This document shows positions 50,211-61,329 of a stretch of 64,000 nucleotides of DNA, one piece after another (position 1 is the stretch's first letter; each line of letters starts with the position of its first letter). Source of the DNA: Octopus bimaculoides (lineage: Eukaryota); the NCBI RefSeq assembly GCF_001194135.2, contig NC_068988.1, positions 45,911,674 to 45,975,673 on the forward strand, in the 5' to 3' direction. Under the pieces are notes generated by a model, which worked only from the letters and a program-made list of their open reading frames with translations, was not told the origin of the DNA and did not search any database. The position numbers and the translations under genes are program-made.

Positions 50211-51496
50211 ACCCATATGCTTGAACTTCCAAACCAGATGTATGTGTTTAAATTCATGCATATGAGTGTATATATGTATATGTTGTTGTTGTTTGTTCTT
50301 TCTCAAGCGATGCCTGGTTCATAAGGGCCAGATTCCCAGTTTCATTGGTGTATAGGTTCCCCACATTGGCAGGACACCGGTGCATTGCAGGTGGGCTGCT
50401 AGATGCAGGAGGAAAGAGTAAGAGAAAGTTGTGTTGAAAGAGTCAGCACATGCACACACACACACACACACACACACATAATGCATGCACACACTCAAAC
50501 AAACAAGCACCCATATTTGTGCTTGCAAATATGTGTCTGTGGTGAGACAGACACATAGAGAGAAAGTAAGAGAAGAGAGGGGTAGAAACATAGGGTAAAT
50601 GTGCAGTTTGTAAGACTCTTGTAGAGTTCTAGCCTGTATTTCTGGAATGGTTTTTAATCTATATACTTTATAACAGTTGTGATTCATTCTCTTCTGTAAC
50701 CTGTCATTATATTTTCTTCAATGATCCAATAAGGAATTTTTAATGTCATACCTGAGTATAACTTTAAACTGCATCTTCTAGTGGGACACTGGTTTGGAAG
50801 TTCCAAGGCTTGGGGAGCATGAAACCATCTCTTAGCCACTGTTTCTAGCTCTACACTGAGTAGTAGTATCTGTTAGGGTCCCAGTTATAGATTAAATAGC
50901 ATATTACCACCTCAGCCATAGTATGTTGAAATCTTAGGATGTAGCATGGTGGATAAAAGCTATTTTAGCAGATGAACTTATTGAGTCAATGACAAATACC
51001 ATCAAATGCTCAGCAGATGAACAGACAACACACTGTCAATGGCCAGGGTCAACTAGAAGAGTTAGCAAAGTGCTGTTATTATTACTAGTCCCAGATGAGA
51101 TATTTTAGTGAGTGAAAGACTAATGTAACTAAAAATCAGGCCAGACATTTATGTCTTATTACTCATCAGGACATCTGGTATAGAAGAATGACATTGGTAT
51201 GAGCAAGTTGCTCTACCTGGATGGACAGATATCATTTTAATAATTTACACATTGTCTGTTTATCAGCCATAAGTTTGATTTTCTGATTGAGTATGAAACA
51301 ATAGTTTCATCCTAAACAAGTGATGAAACAATAATTTTTTTTAAATTCATTAAATCCTGTTATATTTCCAGACCTTGCTTATCTCATCATCAGAATGAAG
51401 TGATGGTAAGAACAGTATAGTGTTTATGCACTTTGCATTCAGGCTGCAAAAGATTACTTGAATACTGTTATTACTGATAAAATCATTGACTACAGT

Positions 51497-51498
<2 letters not shown>

Positions 51499-51528
<30 letters not shown>

Positions 51529-51562
51529 TGTATGCATGCATGTATGTATGTATGTATGTATG
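51499..51562. repeat. (TATG)n tetranucleotide repeat
   Basis: Direct reading. Confidence 0.93.
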
Positions 51563-52641
51563 TACGTACATTCATACATTTCAGTTTATTAATATTTTGT
51601 GTAGAAAAGAGAAACATGGGAATTTCTTTTAAAAACGACTCTATAACTTCAGTAATGGCAACAGAGAAATACAAGTAAATAAAGCCGATATCATTTGTAT
51701 GTATTTAAAGATACTACTAAATCTTCTTGTAGTTGCTTGCATTTGAACAGATGTATCTCATCAATGCAGTTGTTATATCTAAATTAAAAAATAAATTGAA
51801 TACTAGTGGTGAAGTTTTGAAGAAAAGAGTGATGTGCTAAAACAAAATTGTATTCGGTGAGAGATGCCATGTGTAATACAGGGGCAGTTTATCAGAAAGT
51901 CACATATCAGAAAGTCACATGTGGTGGCAATTGGGAATTTTCTTGAATATTCAGGTTCAGCTCATCTGTATATGTGCACAAGGACACATGGTTCCATCAC
52001 TAATCTCCAACCACTGTTTGAAAATAATGATGCCATGATAACATCATATGTAAAAGAAAATTTTGTAGACCGAAGTTGAAATCCCTTTGTTGTTGACTGG
52101 ATTTCGATTTATTGACATTTTGCATAGGGAGAGAAGGGGGTGAAAATAATTTTTTTTTTCAAATTACACTATACTCCCAGAAATATGTGCATGTGTGTGT
52201 GAGTGTGTATTTGTATATGTCTCTGTGTGTACTTATGTGTGTTAGTGTGTATTTGTATGTTTCTGTGTGTGTGTGTGCATGTGTAGATAATTTAGCTTTA
52301 GAAAATTACTGCCACATTGTCTAATTTTCAATCAGTTATAAATTCAGTCATATAGCAAAGACTTCTCTTTTCAAAATGTCATTTTGAAAATGCAATCATT
52401 GTATCATACATTATATCATGCCTTGTGCTGAAGAACTCTAGCTTTCTGGGGGCAAAGAGACATCAAGATGGTTCTTGAATTGAAGAAGAATTTTATGAAG
52501 ACAGTGCAATTTATAATTTAAAATATTAGTAATATTTATAAACGTGCCTGTAAACATAGTTTCTTATTGGTTTGTGTGCAGTTGTTGAATTTTATATGCA
52601 GAACATGTATGACTATGAAATTCTTAAGAGCTTGCTTGCTC

Positions 52642-52643
<2 letters not shown>

Positions 52644-52689
<46 letters not shown>
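52644..52689. repeat. (GT)n microsatellite
   Basis: Direct reading. Confidence 0.95.
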
Positions 52690-52691
<2 letters not shown>

Positions 52692-53084
52692 TTGTTTGGA
52701 TGTGGGTGTAGTTGAGTTGTTATAAAATTTGCTGTGCAAGCTGTGGTCCAGCCTTTCCACATACTGCATCACAGTGATTAGGCTTATGAATTGCATTAAG
52801 TATGCATGTGTCTAAGACATATTTAACCCTCACTGCACTGATTAAATTTTTGCTGGTGATGTAACATGCTAATTTTATGCAAATCAGTTCTTGCATCCTC
52901 TTTCTCTTGGTCAGTGAAATTAGAATGCACATGCTACATCAAATGAAAGGCAAAGAATCTCAGAAAGTACCCAGCAATCAAAGACAAGTAAACTCAGATC
53001 CAGTGTCTTAGGTCTAATGCACAGAAACAAATGTAAGCAGTTCCCATGCAATAAAGAGTTAACGACCAGATACATCTTTCATCA

Positions 53085-53475
53085 TCGTGGAGGCGCAATG
53101 GCCCAGTGGTTGGGGCAGCGGACTCGCAGTCATAGGATCGCGGTTTCAATTCCCAGACCGGGTGTTGCGAGTGTTTATTGAGCGAAAACACCTAAAGCTC
53201 CATGAGGCTCCGGCAGGGGATGGTGGTGAACCCTGCTGTACTCTTCCACCAGAACTTTCTCTCACTCTTACTTCCTGTTTCTGTTGCACCTGTATTTCAA
53301 AGGGGCCAGCTTTGTCACACTGTGTCACACTGAATATCCCCGAGAATTACGTTAAGGGTACACGTGTCTGTGGAGTGCTCAGCCACTTGCACGCTAATTT
53401 TACGAGCAGGCTGTTCCGTTGATCGGATCAACTGGAACCCTCGATGTCGCAAGCGACGGAGTGCCAACAACAACA
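53085..53475 (+). mobile_element. tRNA-derived SINE, full length, with a family C-type tail
   Basis: A box TGGCCCAGTGG, B box GGTTTCAATTCC, tail GCAGGCTGTTCCGTTGATCGGATCAACTGGAACCCTCG shared with 30585, (CAA)n end. Confidence 0.9.
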
Positions 53476-53779
53476 ACATTTTTCATCAAACTAACAAATG
53501 CTCATCTTTAAAACAAATTCAGACTCCATCATATTCTTTTACTGATTTGTGTCACTCTCCTTGGTTACTATCTTGAAAAGTACAGTCTGTGCATTATAGT
53601 GTAACACACAGATGAAATAGCAACTAATAACAACACACCAGTAATTCTCTGAAATTGGAAGAAATATCTTTTCAGTGTGAGATGTATAAAAAGAAACGTA
53701 GAAAACATATTTGATATTTTATGCCTTCATATATGTATAAATATGAGTATTTGTGTGTGTGTGTGTGCGTGTGTTATTT

Positions 53780-54000
53780 TTTTATTGCCCAGAAGGGGCT
53801 AAACATAGAGGGGACAAACAAGGACAGACAAAGGGATAAAGTCGATTACATCTACCTCAGTGCATAACTGGTATTTAATTTATCGACCTCGAAAGGATGA
53901 AAGACAAAATCGACCTCGGCGGAATTTGAACTCAGAACGTAATGACAGACGGAATACCACTAAGCATTTCGCTCAGCACGCTAATGTTTCTGCCAGCTCA
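53780..54000 (-). mobile_element. SINE family A
   Basis: TTTATCGACCTCGAAAGGATGAAAGACAAAATCGACCTCGGCGGAATTTGAACTCAGAAC. Confidence 0.9.
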
Positions 54001-54004
54001 CCAT

Positions 54005-54041
<37 letters not shown>

Positions 54042-54970
54042 TTGTTTTTGTGTTTGTTGTATGCAGTTATTCTAATGAGTTAATCAAGCTCCTCTTCAGT
54101 ACATCAGAAAAAAAAAATACAATTTTCAATTCTCATTACAGCTTATACACCTGGAGCCTGGCAAAATATACTCAAAATGCCTTGTAAAATAAATTAGTAA
54201 CAATAACCAATGAATATGCACTCTATGAGCCAAACAGAGAAAGAGAGAGAGAAAGAGAGGGCATACAGGGAGATGTAAAAGGGAGAAGAATAGGTAAATA
54301 AGGTTGTGACAAAGAAAGATAAATTAAAGATGAAATATTTAAGTGATCTTGATAGCTAAAATATTAATAACAATGGCAATGAGGTCATAAGAGCCAACCT
54401 AAAGATAGATGAAAATGTGTACATTAAAACTGTATATGGAAAAATAATAATAAAAACAAAATGAAATCTGAAGTACTTCTGTTATATGAAAGGAAAAAAG
54501 TGCATAACAGACAGGAAAAAAATGAATAAAGAGACTGACAATTTAGTTTTCATCAGCTGTCTTGGTAAAGATTCTGGTTGTTGAATCTGGTTGTTGCAAT
54601 GCAGTTATTAGCTTAGTGGTGTCATCAGTCAGAAGGTACAGTTAGAAGTAATTAATACTGTGGAAATGAAACATTAAAGCATATAATTGAGTCTTAGCGA
54701 CTGGGATAAAGAAAAACGAGGATGTATGATCAGTTATGGGCAACTTGCAGCTTGCGGGGCTTTCTGTATAACATGCCTAAAGAAAAATTATCCTTAATGA
54801 GGAACTGGGAAATATACATCTGCTTACGATGAAACTTAAATAAAACATAAGTCTTTTGTCAATTAAATAAAACATCATTCAATTTTGATATAAACAAAAT
54901 GATTCAAAATGACTGCTTAGGTATACACACTCATGTATAGCAGTGTGCACACACACACATACAGGCTCAT

Positions 54971-55004
<34 letters not shown>

Positions 55005-55552
55005 TGTATACATAAGATATGCATATAGCGAGTGACATTAATGTAGACCTATGCACACGAAGTTTGTGTTATCCTTTAGTACCGCCATTATTTTTCTTAT
55101 AGAAGTTTTGAGCTTTTTGTATGAACAATTAATAATTGTCTTTTTTCTGTTTTAAGAAGTCATCACTTGCCACAAGGATTTCCAATGCTCCATTTAAACA
55201 ATCAACTGCTGTGTCTTACTCCTGTCTTACTTAAGGATCTACAGTACGTAGTATCAGCCATTTTAATTTATAGTCTCTATTTTAAAAAATTTAAGTCATG
55301 TATATATTGAGATGCATGAGGGCGTCTTCTTTCAGAAAAGTAATTTTTATGCAAGATCATTTAAAAAAAGATCTTGGTAAATGTTCCAGTAAAAAATTTT
55401 ATTGTTGAGTGTTAAAACATTGCTTTAGCAGACCATATTCTTACACTGTAATTCCCATTCAGAAGCAAGTTAAGGGATCTCAGCAGTTGCTGCAGATTAC
55501 ATCTATGGTAAGTTGATTGATAAAATTATTATTATTATTATTATTATTATTA

Positions 55553-56108
55553 TTGAGTGAGAAAGCAGTGCATGCCATCAGAATGACACTGGAATACAAT
55601 TATGCAAAGCCCAATATACCCATCATGACTACCCGTCGGATAAGGGTACACCAGGCACATGCATCACAAGCATATGTGCATGACATGGTGATCTTATGGC
55701 AAGGTAAATGGCAAATGACCTTACAAGTGGGACCCAGTTAGAATTTTCTTCAGGTTCAGTAGCCCATCCCACCCAAAAGGTCCCTGAATAAGGTTTGTTT
55801 AAGGATGATGAACGAAACACCAATGTTTCCAAAGGTGAATTATTCAAACCCTAAAGAATTCCTATCAACACATGACTATAATGCTTCCCCACTACTTCTG
55901 CTCGTGATCAGAGATGCACTTATCATCAGCCACCAAAGAACATGCTCAACTGGTTAAGGTCAAACAACTAACAAGCAAATCTATGGTATTAAGCAGAATA
56001 TTTGCTGTAGCCCATCTTTTTATACCAAGACAAAACAATGTACATGATAACACTTCCAATCAGTTAAGGTCAGAAACCATGAGAGCCACTGCCTGGCATC
56101 AGGGCATT
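55553..56108. mobile_element. About 555 bp retroposon-like element embedded in (ATT)n
   Basis: Unique GC-richer body flanked on both sides by ATT tracts (55524-55552 and from 56109). Confidence 0.5.
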
Positions 56109-56119
56109 CATTATTATTA

Positions 56120-56203
<84 letters not shown>

Positions 56204-56385
56204 TTGCTGTTGTTGTTATTGTTATTATTATCATTATTATTATTATTATTAGTAGTAGTAGTAGTAGTAGTAGTAGCAACAGCAGCAAAAGAAGAAGTAG
56301 TAGTAGCAGCAGCAGCAGCAAAAGAAGTACTAGTAGTAGTCGTAGTAGTAGTAGTAGTAGTAGCAGCAGCAGCAATATTGACATC
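56109..56385. repeat. Compound trinucleotide array (ATT/AGT/GTT/AGC)
   Basis: Direct reading; source of the poly-L/V ORFs. Confidence 0.95.
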
Positions 56386-57360
56386 AGTCCCTCATGTTGA
56401 GTTCATAGGTTTTAGTTTATGGTCATTTGCATAAGTTCTGTTGCTAGTTAAATTTGCTGTAGTCAAGTGCAGATATTCAACAGTAGATGAGCTGAATATT
56501 TTGTAATACTTGTGCTGGCATGAAAGCTTTTCTTTAGGATAAAAAAGAATAGTTTAGAAATACTAGTGTTAAGTAGAAACGAGAAGATGGGATTAGATAA
56601 ATAAAGATAAAAAAGAATAGTTTAGGAATATTAGTTTTAAGTAGAAACGAGAAGGTGGGTGGCATTAAACCATGTTACACCACATTTCTTAGTCTTATAC
56701 TTTTTATTTTTAATTGTATTCAGTGGATAGTTAGCTGTAGTATTGTCAATGCTTCTATGATTATTGTTAGTTTTACTAGGATCTATATTTACATTGATAC
56801 AATTCATATCTATCAAATAATTTTTTGCCGAGTTGAAGATCTCTTTTCTATTGGTGGTTGGTTTGCCATTGGTAATGTTAGATTTTCTATTATTATTATG
56901 AATACTCATTAAGTCAGTTTTGAGGATTACTTTTCCTCGCTGATTATTTACGTTATTTATATCCTTTCTGTGGTCCTCTTTATCTGGTGTCTTAGCATTC
57001 TTCTTCTTATCATTTATCTCTTTGTTGATGAGAGTTTTAATTAATATTGTCTATGTAATTGATCTGTTTGTTTTAACCGCTTCGGGGTAAGATTTCATCA
57101 TAATACCAGACTTTCTTACTGAAGATGTGCTTATTTGCTGATAAGTTAGATATTCTGATCGTTGTGTTTTTGATTAGTCCATTAATGAATGATCTTGGAT
57201 GGTTAGGAAGTTTATTTATATAGTTTAGATTTTCGTTAGGTTTATGATATAGGGAGTAAAGGCCGGTCTGTATGTCAAGTATAACGTCTAAGAAATTCAC
57301 GATCTTTCTATCTTTTGAAAATTCACTCGAAATATTAAAGCATGTAAAGAATTCGCGTAG
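56385..57360 (-). mobile_element. Penelope-like element fragment (RT thumb and linker)
   Basis: NFLDVILD..TGLY..YHKP...NHP...RISNLS...SG; VTWFN.P.FS..LKTNI; HKYYKIFS. Confidence 0.82.
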
Positions 57361-57564
57361 TTATTTTACAAATTCTTTCGATATTGGCAGCTCAGGAGTT
57401 TTTTTTTTTTTGTTATCATTTGAGTGTCGTTTTCAACAAAACAATGCTTAGAACTTGTTTGAATGCTTTATAGATGTTTATTGATATATTATTTTGTACC
57501 CTCTAATGATATGTGCCTATCAAATGCTTATTAAATTAAATTATTTTCAGATATTTCATAAAAA

Positions 57565-59251
57565 ATGGGTAGAAAAAGGAAGTGTGCAGTATCAACTTCA
57601 AGTGATAGTGCCAAAAGCTTTAGTGGTCAGCCTTCCCCTTTAGATAAAACTGAGCCTCTTACTCTCCAGCAAGTTATTCAGTACAGTTATTTCCTTCATA
57701 AGACTATGATATGCTAAAATAATAGCAAAGGATGTAATTGGGATTTGGCAGACAGTGAACGCACAGCTGCCCCTATATGAGGAATATTATGTAATGAAAT
57801 TAGTGGATAAATTGTGCTTCATGAAAGCAAAAAAGATAAACCACAAATCTCTTTCCAAAGTCAAGGAACAGAATTTGAACGAAATGCTGGATAAAATTTT
57901 TGACATTTCTGCTTGCACCTATCTGCTATGTCTTTGTTCTTTTGATGACAGTGCTGTGAAGTGCAAGAAAGAAAATTCTGCAGGTGTCCTGCCAGTAAGA
58001 AGGTAAAGCTACTTTTTTTTAACTTTTAATTAATCTTACTTAGCTTAATTAGTTGCCTTTTAAATAGAAGAAAATCCCATGGATGTAATTGGAAAATATA
58101 CACATTTTCCTCCTGTAATCTACCTTTGCCCTCTGATATAAAAAAAATAATTATTAATCTCTTATTTTAAATCCGCTGCTCAATATACTTAAATATTTCA
58201 AGTTCCAGTAGCGGAGAATGAATACTTAAGAGATCAGAGAGCCAAGATAGACACATGGGTTCTTTTGCAGCTCGGCTCTGTGGATAAAGCTGTTGTGAAG
58301 AGGAACCAGAAGAGAAGGCAGAAAAATTACAGAGACAAATTCAACAGCAGAAGGAAGTGGATTTGGCCGCACTTACCTCCACATCCTCACAATATATTTC
58401 CTTGGGATCTAGCTCGGGAGAATCAGATGTAATATTTTTTCTCTACATCTGAATCCATTTTTGATTTAATTTACCTCTCTACTTTTTGTCTCTTATTCTT
58501 CCTCTCTTCCTCATTTTCTCTTCAGTAATTTTGTTTTCGTTTTTTTTTTATTTCAGTCATCTAATGATGGCGATTTCAAGCCAAGGAGGCACCCAAGTGG
58601 AGCTTAAAGCTTTTTGAAACCCCACCCCAGATAAGCCATGGAATTGATCAGGTGTGGTGTTTCTTCCAGTCTTGGGGCAAGTCTTGCTTATGCCCTCGTC
58701 CTTGACTTACAAGCTATGGACCCGCTTAAGGCTTGCCTTGATGTGAAACAGATAATAGTTGAAAAATCGAAATTGGACAGAGAAAAAAAAACAGAATGAA
58801 AGTGAGACGCAATGAAAAGCACAAAGAGAGACTGTTTATGGACTCGAATCAAGGCACGAACACATTCTGGCCAAAGCCCTAAGCTGCCGTAAGAGGGTTT
58901 CCTTCGCTTCTAAGGGCTCTTACAGTGAAACTTATGATGATTTTTGGTATCTAAGCTTGTCTTTCTTGACTCTATAGAGTTTTTATATCTTTTTACTCGT
59001 TTTCAATAAAGATGCAACATTTCTTTTTGATTTTTCAAATGACAATAACATGTATTTTTCGACCGAAAATGGTGAAAATGCGATGTTTTTTGGTTACCGT
59101 ATTTTGAAGTTTTGTGAAACAGCTTCCTCAAAAAAACAGTTAAAGCTAGAGAGATAGACTTTTTTTGTTAGTTATTATCACATTAAGCCCCCACTATCTC
59201 GATTAATTCAAAGTCATTAACTACAAAAGTATGGAAAATCAATCTGCCCTA
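57565..59251 (+). mobile_element. Intron-containing hAT-superfamily (hATm-like) transposon remnant, internally deleted
   Basis: MGRKRK...IW...LDKIFDISAC..C.C; CPASKK|VPVAENEYLRDQR...LGSVDK..KR; LIRCGVS...LA.AL..D...IIVEKSKLDREK; right end ...CTGCCCTA (TAGGG-type TIR). Family label comes from recalled motifs, not a database search. Confidence 0.6.
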
Positions 59252-59451
59252 ATATATATACACTTACATGCATATATACATATATACAAATATATACACA
59301 TATTTATATGCATATATACACATTAGCGAATCGCTAAATCATCCAATTACTTGAATGACGAAAACATAAACATTAATGGCGAAGCTAGTCCGGAAAGAGC
59401 CGAACAACCAAGCAGGCTTAACTGATGAGGCAGCCAAATATTTTGTATTCG

Positions 59452-59712
59452 AATTTATTTCATGTAAAAAATTGTCTTATTTCGATAATTTCAACCAATC
59501 ACTGACAAGTATTCAGTTGTTTATATTTACTCCTTTGGCTGATTAAGCGATGTAAAGCGTATTTAATCCCCATACCTTCGTTTTATAGGGTTAGGGTTAA
59601 TTGTTTCAGAATCGTTTGTTTATGTAGTCGGCACTTAATGTATATCGGCTGAATAGACGTCAGTGATTGGTTGAAATTACAGAAATACGACAACTTTAAC
59701 ATGGAATAACTT
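59452..59712. mobile_element. Foldback MITE with about 65-bp inverted arms and internal TTAGGG
   Basis: AATTTCAACCAATCACTGACAAGTATTCAG (59487-59516) versus CTGAATAGACGTCAGTGATTGGTTGAAATT (59649-59678), 27/30 complementary, extending outward imperfectly. Confidence 0.7.
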
Positions 59713-61029
59713 ATGGACTTCTTTTTTTTTTAAAGAAGACTAAGAGAAAAAGATGTTTTATATGACACATTCTACCAGTGTTCCAAGTTTCAAAGTGTTT
59801 CGTTAATGAAAAATGTGGCCCCCGTTTTAAAAAAGATCCAAAATAGATAAGTATACGAAGTTTGAAAGTCTTTCCGTACCAAAAACACTACGTAAAACAT
59901 TAATGAAAAATGTGGCCCCCGTTTTAAAATAGATTCCTTATTTCTAGTAATGTAAGTGTTTCTTAACACCCTAGTCACGTTTAGTGGCATGTGTAATTCT
60001 CCTTTTTGGTAAAACAGTGCAAACTGCTGTTTATGAAAGTTTTATATGCATATATATTTATGTATGTAAACATATTTGCACATTGATAAATGTATGCACC
60101 AACAATATTACATATATGTTGCCTATATAGTTACACTGTCACAAACAAGTATATACACAGAAACGTATATATTTATATTTTTGTATATATTTGTATTTAT
60201 GTTCATGAACGTGCATAGTATTGTATGTCTTTATGTCTTATGCTGGTTTAAACCATTGTATCACAAAAGCTCTTTCACTCTTTGACTGACTCTGCTTTTT
60301 TATATTTATTATTGCGTTGTTGTTTTTATTATCTCATCTTTTCTGCTAATTACCTTTGTTATCCTTATAGTCTTTCTTTTTTTGTTAAATATATTGCAAA
60401 TATTTCTATAGTTCATTTTTCAATGATCGTAAATTGATTTATAAACATTTTACTGGAAGCTGATCTGCAATGGTTGTAGTCTTTTGTAATACAATACCAG
60501 AGACATGAGAATTATATTGTTCTAGGATTTCTTTTAAAATTTCAACAGATAACATTTTATCTGAAGACTTCCAAAGGCAAAGCTATTGTAATCCTGTGTC
60601 TTTACACAACTATCAACTAATGAATTTTTTAGAAGTTGTCTGCTACTTGTTTTTATTATATCGGTGTATGTTGAAGTTTGGTACTTTACTTTTAAGAAGC
60701 TTTCAGTTATTTAAGTGTCTCTCCCTCTCTTTTTCTCCTTCTTTCTATCTTTCTCGGACTCTCGCCTTCTCTTTCTCTTTTTCCGTCTCAATGTCTTCTC
60801 AGCATTAGAACATAAATACCTGGTCTTGCTCCTAATAAATGATTTTTTTGTTTGTTTGTTTATAAAAGATCTCCGAAGTTACAGACTTATGGTTCCCAGC
60901 TGTAAGCAATTGTTAATCAGAGCTATTGCATGATTCCTGGTGACTGGTTGATATCCAGTACATCCTAATTACTTGTTGCCATGCAGAGTTCTTGCATATT
61001 AAATATCTCGAACGCTTTTGTAATAATTC

Positions 61030-61240
61030 TTTCTAATAATGGCACAAGGCCTGAAAATTTGGGGGGTGAGAAGCAGACAATTACATCTACCCCATACTAC
61101 CTGATTGATACTTATTTTATTGACTCCAAAAAGATGAAAGATAAAAGATCTCAGTAGAATTAAGTCAGAACATAAAAATGGATGAAATACCGCTAAGTAT
61201 TTTGTTCAGCATGCTAACAGTTCTGCCAGTTCATTACCTT
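61030..61240 (-). mobile_element. SINE family A
   Basis: GACTCCAAAAAGATGAAAG...GATGAAATACCGCTAAGTATTTTG...TTCTGCCAG. Confidence 0.75.
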
Positions 61241-61329
61241 AACTTTTTTCATAATAATGCAAGTGAACTGAACCTACATATCCTGAATCTCAAATAACAT
61301 GAACACCTAATAGGGATATTTGACTTACA

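Noticed and set aside
56070-56434. Poly-Leu/Val/Ile ORFs
   Set aside because: Translations of the compound trinucleotide array.
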